64,000 nt of DNA from Antedon mediterranea (taxonomy: Eukaryota; Animalia; Echinodermata), in the NCBI RefSeq assembly GCF_964355755.1, contig NC_092676.1, forward strand, positions 3,387,888 to 3,451,887, read 5' to 3'. Below, piece after piece: positions 1 through 11,225 of this stretch. Every line of letters starts with the position of its first letter. The first letter of the stretch is position 1. The translations under genes were made by a program, and so were the position numbers. Below the pieces are notes generated by a model that was not told where the DNA came from, searched no databases, and saw only the letters and a list, made by a program, of their open reading frames with translations.

Positions 1-330
1 CAGACTTATGTTTTTATTTTACAGAGAATAAATAAATAGTATCAGATATCACAAATGTGTGAAGAAATACATTAAAAATATTATTTTATTCTCTCAGCTT
101 GAGTGTACTACTTACAGTACGCTCATGTAAATATATATTTAATTGAATATGTATAAGTAATTGTTTCTGTAATTGATTATTATAAGAGAGCAGACAAATT
201 AAACTTAATTTAAAGTAAATTTTTCCAAATGTTATTGTACTTGTTTGTTGATTAAGGAACAAATGAATGGAAAGGGCACCAGTTGAGATCAACGTTAACG
301 AGAATAAGAAAGAAAGTTGTAACAAAAAAA

Positions 331-703
331 AAATTAATATGACTGTGTAAAATCAGCAGACAATCAAAACGATAAAATGACTGAAACAGACAGTGAAAAT
401 GAGTATGATTATGTGGAAACATCAGGCATAGGCGTCAAAGAAGGCTCTGCAGAATACATTGAGGTTGTTGATGACACTGATGCTGATTCCATGATTGCAC
501 TACTAAAAACAGAAACTAGTAGGCCTACTGTGGCTGAGTACAATGATGCTTCAATACAACAAAACTATATTTCAATAAATATTAGAGAAAATGATAAAGA
601 GGCTGAGTTCGAAAACAGTAAATTACATCGTGTTAAAGGTATCTTCGACGTATACGAAAACGCATCTGTACGCACAAAACCACTGAAGTCTGCAAGGAAA
701 TAG
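331..703 (+). pseudogene. G0: remnant of a class-A cytoplasmic tail of the Ig receptor family
   Basis: ORF 377-703 (ETDSENEYDYVETSGIG...DVYENASVRTK) aligns to the C-termini of G2 and G9. No ectodomain or TM upstream; the upstream DNA resembles intergenic 32067-32470. Confidence 0.8.
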
Positions 704-1760
704 AAGAAGCAAAACAGAACCAAACGTAAGATCAAAAACAACGATGAAAACTTCACCAAACAATACATTACATCAAATACCTCTTTAAAAAAATAAATAT
801 CTGCCATTTCAGTTTCCCAGGTATGATCTATTAAGGCTTTTGTTAAGTGAACTTTCACTTTTTCCAAAATACTCATAATTTGACAAAATAAGCAATAATT
901 ACTAAATCATACGTTGAAATGTACAGTAATTAATTGGTTTGATGTTTAAGAAAATAAAATGAAATAAATTAGAGAGATGAATATTAACCAGAAAATAGAA
1001 GAGTAGGAAGTCCTAGAAAATAATTAGCAAGAATTGAAATCGTACAGGAAAAAAAGTCAGCAAACATAAGCATTCTAACGTGATCGTCAAAATGGTCTAT
1101 GATGGTTCTCTCTAAAACCTCGACTATACGTCATTAGATTTATATAAATATAATAATTATAACTAATAAACTTTAAGCAAGAACTAAATTGTTAAGTTAT
1201 TTACACGTTACAAGTTTCTAATTTTGTGAATATACATTTAATAAAATAATTGTACCAGGTATTACGAACGTTGGAAAGAAAGCTATCTTACACTTTAGTA
1301 ATTTTTATTAAAAGATAGAGAACAACTTTAACTTCAGCATTTATCAAGTATTCCTGTCGTGTGTGGCAGCAGACGGCAACTTACTTAAAAAGAAAAAAAG
1401 AAACAGGAATGATCCAACGTTTTAGTTTTAAGTTACTCTATAGGGGGCGGTATGCATTACTAGTTTTACCTATAGAATGGAATATGTTAAAATAACTGTA
1501 TACAGGTTACGTAGTTGATGCTAATATCACTTTAGCAGGGGTACGCTACAATACAGTTCACAGTAATCTGAGTGTTTAAACAGAGTATATTGTACCAACA
1601 ACGTGCACATGTGAGCATCTACAAAAAGTATTATAAAGGCTAATTTTAAGTCTAAGTATAATTGAATTTTGTATTATTATTTCTGGACATTTTTGATCCA
1701 TACAATCTGGAATTTGATGGGTAAGGTAATCGATATTGAAGTTTAGCAGACGTGTTTATA

Positions 1761-4040
1761 ATGGCTCATCATCAACATTGTACATTGCTGATGGTTATAT
1801 TGTATACTATGTTTTACTGCTGCTGTGCACAAACCTATACTTTTACAAAACATCCACAATCGGTTCTCGTTAAGGCTGGTTTCCTGTCGACGTAAGAACA
1901 TCACTTTTGTTGCGACTACGTCGATATGTCGTAAGAAATGCGGATTTTACAGGAAACCGATTACGATCAAAAATTTATAAAATCGACGCAACGTAAGAAA
2001 AATGGTAACGACAAACGATTTTACAGGAAACCGATGACCTAACAATTGTTGCGTTACGACGTTTTCTTCCGATTTTACAGGAAACCGGGATTTTTTATCT
2101 TACGCTTGAATGAACGCCCTTGCGTCACGTTTCTTACGTCTCTTACGAAAGTTGACTTGAAGTCAACTTTCGCAAGAGACGTAAGCGCAATCGTAACAAG
2201 TAACCAATGAACGACAAGGGTTATGACGTAATGTGTATGTCCTTATAGTGAAATAAAGCCGGACAATAACATTTGTATGTATTTACTACTATAATTTTAG
2301 TCCACTTTACGATGTTGTACATACTTTACAAATGCACAGTAGTTTCAATATAGGCCTAATAATTTTCTAATCAGGGAGTTTACAACTCATATCAAAATAT
2401 AATACTCTTATTTATGGACGTGCAATAAACAATCAGCATCGGTAGAAACGTCGCGAAAATGAACATTTGCAACAAGATAAGATATAGAAAGCCCCTTTGT
2501 AAGCAATAATATATTATTATGTAACTTTAAAAAAAAATTGTTTGCTTGATTTTGTATAATTTATATTGTTTTGTTAAATTTATTCTCATGCTCGATTAGA
2601 TATGCTTATAGGCCCATAGGCCAATGCCTAGTCTAGGGCCTAGGTCTAATAATAATAATAGGAATCTCGAAATGATTTGCCTTTTTTTAATTTTGAAAAC
2701 TATTTAAGGCTAGGCCTAGAGGGCCAGGATAATTAATTCATATGTTGATTCATACAAATAATACATAGGCCTACTAGCCTAGGCTAGGGGCCTAGGCTAG
2801 TTTGATTGTTTGGTCAAATCAATTCCTATTAGTACAGTATTAATTAAGTATTTTACTAATACTAGGGCCTAGCCTATCTACTGAAAATAACATGTTGGTG
2901 TGCTGCACTGACACTGCTGCTGAGTAGCTACAGGTACAATAACAACATTCAACATTTCGCGCGAAAAATGATAAAACCCGCTCTAAAAAGAAACACCAAT
3001 CAGAGATGTTGTTTCAAATACGTCATAAATCCGACCGACGTAAGAAAAAAATTTCAACTTTCGTAACAACACTAAAATCGACGTAAGCATACGACGTGTG
3101 TTTCACAGCCAAAATTTCAACTTTCGGGAGCAGCATAACTACAGATGTTTCTCTGCGGCCCGACACGATCTTGACTAAGGTCAACGACGTCAATTTTTTC
3201 TCAACTTTCGTAAGAGACGTAAGAAACGTATGAAACGCAAGAATCGTTGCAAAATTCGACTTCTTACGTCGACAGGAAACCAGCCTTTAAGGAAGGACAA
3301 ACAGCAACGTTGTCGTGTGAATGGACAACAGCACCAACACATGACGTTTTCTGGTCTTTTTTTCGCTCGTGTTGGTACGCCTAAATTAATTGAAAGTTTA
3401 ACATTAAAATACAATGTAACAAGTAAAGCAACATCTTCAAATCTTTCCATTTTTAATGTTGATTCTGATGACGTAGGAAGCTTAAGATACAGATGTGATA
3501 TCTTGGATAGTGATTCATACAGTCTTTCTGAACTTGCTTCTGTAGTGCTAGCAGAAATAACGTGCAATCCAGAGAATGGCAATGGTGAGATAGGAACAAC
3601 GCTGACATGTTCTTATATTTTGTCTCATCCGTTAGATAATGTTGATTTATTATGGTACAGATATGGAAGTGTAATTGAATCACATCACAAACAAATGCAT
3701 GTTTTAGAATCAAGGGTTTTGACTGCCGAAGACGATGGAGCTGTATTTACTTGTAAAGCCACAATGGGATCTCAAGTGATAGGAACTTGTGAAACTACTC
3801 CGCTAATATTGAACATAGATGCAGAGATTGAACAATAACCACCAGGTCCACTTCAGGTTGGTGATAGCTTTAATCTCACGTGCTTTGGGAAAGGTAGTCC
3901 TGATCCTGGTAATTATATTTATGAATGGATATGGAACAACATTTCTGTAGATTCTTTGAAAAGTAATTGGCGATTTGCAATAAGCAATGTATTTACTGTG
4001 AAGAGTGTGACAACCAAAGACAATGGTGAAATAGTTACTC
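1761..4040 (+). pseudogene. G1: Ig receptor pseudogene interrupted by a DNA transposon
   Basis: ATG 1761 (MAHHQHCTLL...CCCAQTYTFTKHPQSVLV), interrupted at 1873-3286, resumes KEGQTATLSCEW. Frameshift in the T-run near 3357-3363, TAA at 3836-3838 in place of TCA, and truncated in domain 3 at about 4040 where it joins intergenic-type sequence. Confidence 0.9.
1873..3286. mobile_element. Non-autonomous PIF/Harbinger-like DNA transposon (~1.4 kb)
   Basis: 26-bp perfect TIR aggctggtttcctgtcgacgtaagaa / ttcttacgtcgacaggaaaccagcct. TTA duplicated at 1870-1872 and 3287-3289. Removing the element restores the frame VLVKEGQ. Internal near-palindrome at about 2133-2185. Confidence 0.85.
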
Positions 4041-4809
4041 CATCCATTGATGTTTATTTTATCACATTCAGTATCAGTAAAACAAGTTTCTCCACGCCCA
4101 AAAAAAAAAGGGGACGAAAACCAAAATATTATGACAGAATGGAAAGCTAGTAAAAAACGGTATAAAAAACATCTTAATTTAACCGTTAACACGACATTTG
4201 CTACAACAGGAAAGATAAAGTTATGTGGAGTGTTCTAACCAGTCATAGTTAGCATTTTCAACTTAAACTCTCACTGACCACGCCTCCTCTGGAGGAAAAA
4301 TGGCAATGTATTAGGAAAGTATTTTTAAAGTATTACATCATTAATGTTAAATATTCAGTGGTGCTATTTCCCGGTATTTTATTTCTGCAGTAATCAAGTG
4401 TATCACTAGTGCTGAAGTAGATCATTCCAACTTATATAACAACAAAATAAAGACACAAGTACCAACGTTTAATGTTTGACTACGAATACAGGATCTAACC
4501 GTATACGAAGTTATTTAATATTGGAAATAATGTTGGATTAAAGTGTTTATAAACTGAGTACCATTTGTATCATACGTGTGAACAGGCAAACATTATTTAA
4601 TGTCTAAAACATTATTACTGGTGTCTTAGAATCGTCGCAATAAGGAATATAATTTATAGGAATATTTGCGTAAATCTCAATTTTATAAGGAAGTTCCAAT
4701 ATTCGGACGTCAATCGAGGCGCCTGCGTAATACCCTACTATTCCTACTATAACAACGCATGGGAACATCAATCGAACATTATGTCTGATGATATCTAATA
4801 TTGACTACA

Positions 4810-6936
4810 ATGTTTAAAATGTATCATCAACATTGTACATTGCTGTTTTACAAGTGCTTGATTATATTGTATAGTGTATTTCACTGTTGTTGTGCACAAT
4901 CCTATAATTTTACAAAACAACCAAAATCTGTTCTTGTTGGACAAGGAAGGACAGCAACGTTATCGTGTGAATGGAAACCAGCATTGTATGGAAACTATGA
5001 ATTTGCATGGTCATTTTTCCCCGATCAAAGTAGTAAAAACAATCAACGAATTGGAGTTTCAACTTCCAAGTACAATTTAACAAATATAGCAACCTCTGCA
5101 TATCTTTCCATTTTTAATGTTGGTTACAACGATGTAGGGAACTACAGGTGTGATATCTCGGAAGATGGTGGTTTATACAGTCTTTCTGAACTTGCTTCTG
5201 TAGTGCTAGCAGAAATAGTGTGCGATCCAAAAAATGGTGAGATTGGAACAACGCTGACATGTTCTTTTTATTTTTCTTATTATTATTCACGTGATATTGA
5301 TTTACTATGGTATAAAAACAGGAAACAAATTACATCAAAAGTACAAACAAATTATGTTATAAAATCAAGACCTTTGACTGTCGAAGACGATGGAGCTGTA
5401 TTCACTTGTAAAGCCATAATTAGATCTCAACATCAAATGACAGGAACTTGTGAAACTACTCCGCTAGTATTGACTATAGATGCAGAGATTGAACAATCAC
5501 CGCCAGGTACACATCAGGTTGGAGATAGCTTTAACCTTACCTGCTCAGGGAAAGGTAATCCTGATTATTATAATTATGAATGGACGTGGAATGACAAACC
5601 GGTAAGATCGTGGGCAAATGAAAGACGATTTGCAATAGATAATGTGCTTACTGTGAAGAGTGTATCAAGCAGTTACAATGACAAAATAGTTACTTGTACT
5701 ATTAGTCGCAATGGTCGTAACAGTAGTATAGCAACCTATACAGTGAACGTTATAGAGGAAATGACTACACGTTTGCTATCGACATCTGGTACGCGTACGC
5801 GAAACTCAATTACGCGTCAACTATCAACTGACGTCCCTGATGATGAGTCCCCAACCGTAATGACTACACATTTACAGTCGACACTAGGTATACATACACA
5901 CAAGTCAATTACATACATACTATCAGAAACTAATATCCAGGATAATGATTCTACAATAATATTAATTGTCATCATTGGCGTAGTTGCGATATCTCTTGTG
6001 ATTTTGATAACAGCAATTGTAAATTACATTTTACATAAAAGGCGCAAGAAACAGGATGAGAAAAAAACAAAAGCTGAAAGTGTAACATTGAAAGAACCAA
6101 TGTATGGTAACACTGATCAAGAAATTATTAAAACGCGCGTAAATGGCCGTCTGCGCGAAACGTTGATAACAGATTTTGCTGTATATGAAGAACCTGCAAT
6201 GTCAGACACACATGGAAACTTGGATATTGTTTACGAAGCCCATGACGTGCCGCCACACGACCAATTAACAGAAAAAGATAAGTATGATTATGTTACATCA
6301 GAAGAAATGACAGTTGAAATAGAAAGCAAAAACGAGTATGACTATGCAGCAATAGCAGACACCCACAGTGCCGAGATGACAACTGAACGACACAACTATG
6401 ATTATGTGGTATCAGCAGACATCCACATCACAGAAAATGAATATGACGATGTAAAATCAGCAGACGATCAAAGTGATGAAACAGACAGTGAAAATGAATA
6501 CGAGTATGTGGAAACATCAGGAATAGGCGTTACAGAAAAAGAAGGCTCTGCAGAACACATTGAGGTTGTCGATTACAGCGCTGATGACGATCCCAGTAAA
6601 GATTCACTAAAAACAGAAAATACCAGGCCTACAGCTAGCGAGTACAATGATGCTTCAATGTCACACACTTATATTTCCATCAATGATAATGATAATGAAT
6701 CTGAGTACGAAAACAGAAAATTACATCGTCTTAAAGGTATCTCGACTTCTGACAACTCAAAGACCAAATCCGAAAGTGTTAAATTATTACAGAGATCAGG
6801 AAGAGGTGGAATAACCATTTTAGATAACCGCGAGGATGACGTCAGTAAGGTGAATGCGAGTACAGTTGAAGTAAACGACGTGTACGAAAATGCATCGGTA
6901 CGCACAAAAGCAGTGAAGTGTGCTAAGAAAAAATAG
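4810..6936 (+). CDS. G2: single-exon 3-Ig-domain type I membrane receptor, class-A acidic Tyr-rich tail
   Basis: First ATG 4810 in ORF 4801-6936. Signal peptide; Ig motifs TLSC..W..DVGNYRC, TLTC..WYK..DDGAVFTC, FNLTC..WTW..VTC; Thr-rich stalk; TM IILIVIIGVVAISLVILITAIV; tail with repeated YDYV/YEYV/YEN motifs. Confidence 0.9.
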   Translation: MFKMYHQHCTLLFYKCLIILYSVFHCCCAQSYNFTKQPKSVLVGQGRTATLSCEWKPALYGNYEFAWSFFPDQSSKNNQRIGVSTSKYNLTNIATSAYLSIFNVGYNDVGNYRCDISEDGGLYSLSELASVVLAEIVCDPKNGEIGTTLTCSFYFSYYYSRDIDLLWYKNRKQITSKVQTNYVIKSRPLTVEDDGAVFTCKAIIRSQHQMTGTCETTPLVLTIDAEIEQSPPGTHQVGDSFNLTCSGKGNPDYYNYEWTWNDKPVRSWANERRFAIDNVLTVKSVSSSYNDKIVTCTISRNGRNSSIATYTVNVIEEMTTRLLSTSGTRTRNSITRQLSTDVPDDESPTVMTTHLQSTLGIHTHKSITYILSETNIQDNDSTIILIVIIGVVAISLVILITAIVNYILHKRRKKQDEKKTKAESVTLKEPMYGNTDQEIIKTRVNGRLRETLITDFAVYEEPAMSDTHGNLDIVYEAHDVPPHDQLTEKDKYDYVTSEEMTVEIESKNEYDYAAIADTHSAEMTTERHNYDYVVSADIHITENEYDDVKSADDQSDETDSENEYEYVETSGIGVTEKEGSAEHIEVVDYSADDDPSKDSLKTENTRPTASEYNDASMSHTYISINDNDNESEYENRKLHRLKGISTSDNSKTKSESVKLLQRSGRGGITILDNREDDVSKVNASTVEVNDVYENASVRTKAVKCAKKK

Positions 6937-7289
6937 AAGCAAAACAGAACCAAACGTAGGCCTACAGACAAAACATTTAAAACTGCATCAATAAATTCAT
7001 AAGAGACATAGATAGATGCACTGTTTCCTATAAGAAGTTTAATCGATATTTTAGTATAGCATTTACTTTAAAAATGAGAGAGAAGTTTATTAAACGTTTT
7101 GATCTTTTATGGATCATAATACACATCGGAATTACAATAAGGAAATTAACTTAAAAAAGCAATGTTTGGAAGTCAGTCAAAGTGCACGAGTCAGTGTACT
7201 ACAGTATTCTATTAGGCATATAACAACGCGTGGGAACATCACAACATTATAATTGTTTATAATTAGCTACATTTAATGCAAAGCTTACA

Positions 7290-8952
7290 ATGTCTCATCA
7301 TCAATATTGTACATTGCTGTTTTACAAGTGCCTGATTATATTCTATAGTGTATTTCACTGTTGTTCTGCACAATACTATACTTTTACAGAACATCCACAA
7401 TCGGTTCTCGTTACAAAAGGACAAACAGAAACATTATCGTGACAGTCATGTCATTTTCTGGTCAGCATTTCATAGAAGAACGTATACAAGAATTGATAGT
7501 TCAACTTTGAAGTGCAATGTAACAACTAAAGCAAAATCGTCATATCTTTCCATTGTTAATGTTGATTATGATGACGTAGGAAGATACAGGTGTGATATCT
7601 GGAATGGTGGTGATTCATACAATCTTTCACGAGAGGCTTCAGTAGTGTTAGGAGAAATAACGTGCAATCCAGAGAATGACAATGGTGAGATTGGAACAAC
7701 GCTGACATGTTCTTATTTTACTTCTTATTATTCACGTGATATTGATTTACTATGGTATGAAAACAGGAAACAAATTACATGAAAAGTAAAAAAAAAACAA
7801 AGTTACAAAAACAGAAGCGTTGACTGTCGAAGACGATGGAGCTGTATTTACTTGTACAGCCACACTCGCATCTCAACATCAAGTGATAGGAACTTGTGAA
7901 ACTATTCCGCTAGTATTGACTATAGATGCAGAGATTGAACAATCACCACCAGGTCCACTTCAGGTAGGTGATATCTTTAATCTTACCTGCTCAGGGAAAG
8001 GTAATCCTGATTATTATGAATATGAATGGACGTGGAATAACATACCGATACAATCGTCGCCAAGTAAAAGTCGATTTGCAATTGGCAATGTGGTTGTTGT
8101 GAATTGCGTATTAAGCAGTGACAATGGCAAAATAGTTACTTGTACTATTAGTCGTAATGGTCGCAACAGCAGTACAGCGAGCTATACAATAAACGTCTTA
8201 GAGCATGTGTTGAGTAAACCTACATCTTTACAGTCGACATCAAGTACACGTACGTACAAACCCATTACACGTCAAATATCAACAGCAAATGTTCGATATG
8301 ACGTTTCAATGATAGCAGGTTTACACACAGCATCCTTTACTATCACGCAGCATTCCATTACAGACAAAAAGTCCCAAATAGGCCTACAAACGGTTGTCAT
8401 TTGCGTATTTGCAATTTTGCTCCTCGTTTCTATAATAACAATAAGCCTATGTGTGTATTTGCAAAAAACAAAAAAGAAAAACACAATTCCTTCAGATCGA
8501 ATCTCCAATAATCGACAGTCAAATAATTTTGGATTATACGATACGATTATATTACATCATCTGGCATACACGTGACCACGACAGCCAGTGACGAAGTTCA
8601 GTATGATTATGCTATTTACACGGGCACACAAATCACCGAGGGGGTGAATAGCACGGAATACGAATACGAGGTTGGTGTATTATCTTCACGTACTGATAGT
8701 TTCAGAAAAGTCTGCACAAGTGATAAAGAGGTTGAGTACGAACATGATGACACAATAGGCCTAGGCCTACATCTCAAAGATATGACAGGCACTAACACTT
8801 CTGAAAATACATTAGATATTAGGAACAAAAGAATTAAACTATGTAAGCGCCTGAATGCAGCTGGTGGCACTGATGTAAACGTGTACGAAAATAAATCTGT
8901 ATGTACAAAAGCATTGACGTCAGCTACGACATCTTTTATACAAAAGAGATAA
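7290..8952 (+). pseudogene. G3: frameshifted Ig receptor pseudogene
   Basis: ATG 7290. Deletion and stop near 7440, TGA at 7780-7782, frameshifts near 7790-7820 and 8550-8575. Pieces 7348-7782, 7820-8575 and 8572-8952 cover D1-D3, TM and a tail ending VYENKSV. Confidence 0.85.
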
Positions 8953-9452
8953 AAACACAGTAATTGCATCAACTGAACACCTATACTCGAACGTTATATG
9001 TAGCAGTAATAGCAAATATACCGTATTTAATCGCAATATTATCGAAAAAAATAATTCTAGGCCTATATTATAAAAAATCTTGGCATTGAGCGAAATAGAA
9101 ATAAGAAATAAATAATAATAAAAGAGAAATATATCCAGTTGATAATATTGATAATTATATTTTCATTGTTTCACTATAGCCCGTATTGGGCCCGTATTAG
9201 CCTAAATGTTTCTGACACTCATGCAAGTATTTGCATTTTTTTGTAGTGCTTGAAACAACAGTTAACGACAATTATTATCGTCTTATGATTATTATAAATG
9301 TAGTGGTAGTATTTGGTGTACAACAATTAATTCAAAATTACGTTTATTATGATTAGAAAAAATAACAAGAATGTGGATTGTATGAGATTTATGAAATATC
9401 ATTGTGTTTGTTGTTCAAGGAAGTAAATTAAAATGATTTTATAAAGAAAACG

Positions 9453-9764
9453 TTTGGGATGAAAATGAAGACAGGATTTTACAAACGATTAAGAAGAATT
9501 TGAGACTTCTTGAAAGAAGGAAAATAATGTAAAAGATTTAAAGATTTATTGTCCCCCAAAAACATGAAAAATGAAGATTAATTCAATCACACTTTGAATA
9601 GGTTATTTTGGGATGAAAATGAAGACAGGATTTTACAAACGATTAAGAAGAATTTGAGACTTCTTGAAAGAAGGAAAATAATGTAAAAGATTTAAAGATT
9701 TATTGTCCCCCAAAAACATGAAAAATGAAGATTAATTCAATCACACTTTGAATAGGTTATTTTG
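9453..9764. repeat. 154-bp tandem duplication that includes the left end of a MITE
   Basis: tttgggatgaaaatgaagacagg... starts at 9453 and again at 9607; the copies look essentially identical. Confidence 0.85.
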
Positions 9765-10036
9765 TAGTTTTAATAAAGTGAATCACTTCCGTAGAAAAAA
9801 AAACGGGGAAAAATAGTGTTTTCACTTATAAAATAACATGATAAATAAATTCAACCACAAATCCATTGGCTGGCAGCCAATTTGACCATTTTTTGCTTTA
9901 AATTCCAGTTTTTCAGGTAAATACATTTTCTTTCGATCCAATTTTGGTCGAAGTCAATAACTATTATGTGACATTAAAATGGCATATTCAACAACAAAAA
10001 TTTAAAAAAATTATTTTTCAGGGGGACAATACATCT
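9696..10036. mobile_element. Kolobok-like MITE (TTAA TSD, AG...CT termini)
   Basis: ttaa|agatttattgtccccc ... gggggacaatacatct|ttaa. TIR related to the element at 16162-16706. Confidence 0.7.
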
Positions 10037-11059
10037 TTAATGTTTATTCTATAATTTATATCTGTGTGTTCACAGGAAATCATATTTTGAGGCAAAGTTT
10101 CCAGCCCTAATGAGACTCCTTTAACTAAGTTTTATATTAATGTCGTTTACTGTTTTTATATCTTGTTGTCTATAAATTTTATACATTTTTATATATATGC
10201 AAATATTTTCATATATTTTCTTTTTAAGCTTTTTAATGTAAAATGTTACGGTTTCAGCCTTTTGGCTATTTGTATCATTGATCGTCTGTTTTTGGACAAA
10301 CAAATATACCTGAATTATTATTATTATGCGATATGTGTAATGTTTCTTTATGAACACTGTAATAAGAAAAAAACATCAAATAAAATAAAAAAAAGGCTGT
10401 TTCTAAGTTGCTACGTTTTAAGGATAAAGGGGTCAATTGGCCTACAAGAGGAGAACATTAGCTTGTTGACTTTATTTCTGATCAAAGTAGAACATCATCA
10501 ATCAACAATTACAGTAGACAAGATAATATATAGAAACGTCGAGGGACACACAAGCTTCGGCTTTATAAGTCTCAACATCAGGTAAATCAAGTAAATCAAG
10601 TCAAAAACAAACTGAATCTCACTGCTCTTAAACATCATTAGCATGTTATTTTAGTTCAAAAAAGTTCGACAAACAATAACAGAATATATATAAACTAGTG
10701 GCACGTGTTCTATACAACATGAACCCAGTCAGCCAATTTGTGTAAACAATAAATAATATATATTAATATACTTTAATAAAAAACATTCCATCTCTTGTTG
10801 TCATTGATTGACTTTCCACTCAAATCGTTCCCGGGACAAGAAAGTTTGCTCTTTACATACAAAATAGAATTTTATTTCACAGTTTCAGTCTTAAAGGGGG
10901 CGGTATACAATACTAGAAAAATGTTGAATGCTTCCTCGTGATGAACTGTGTAGTGGTAGTTGACAAAAGTACAACTTTCTACAATATATATTAATAAAAT
11001 ATTGCACGAGCATTATTTTATAACATTTGTATAAACATCAATCATCGAGAAAGATAAAA

Positions 11060-11225
11060 CAGACAGCGGAAATAAATATGACTGCATGACGTCGGTAATA
11101 AAAACGATGACCACTAAAACAGACAGTAAAAATGAGTATGATTATGTGGAAACATAGGTGCAGCTACGGTGAAGAACGATTGTCACACGAGGAAGCCAGT
11201 AAAAACGGTAAGATAGGCGTACTGT
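11060..11225 (+). pseudogene. Degenerate class-A tail remnant
   Basis: acagacagtaaaaatgagtatgattatgtggaaaca matches the TDSENEYDYVET segment; gtcacacgaggaagcca resembles G8 31020-31037. Confidence 0.6.

Noticed and set aside
2600-2880. taggccta-rich tract as a specific regulatory array or firm taxonomic marker
   Set aside because: The motif is scattered throughout the window and within a transposon. It is reminiscent of echinoderm DNA but insufficient to assign organism or function.
4810-6936. Assigning a gene symbol (Alr, nephrin/kirre, CADM, Siglec, DSCAM)
   Set aside because: Only generic Ig-fold similarity is visible; orthology cannot be supported without a search.
10085-10590. Possible minus-strand degenerate hammerhead/Penelope remnants and ORF 10163-10585
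   Set aside because: Core nucleotides are mismatched, and the ORF is low-complexity AT-rich with no recognisable domain.
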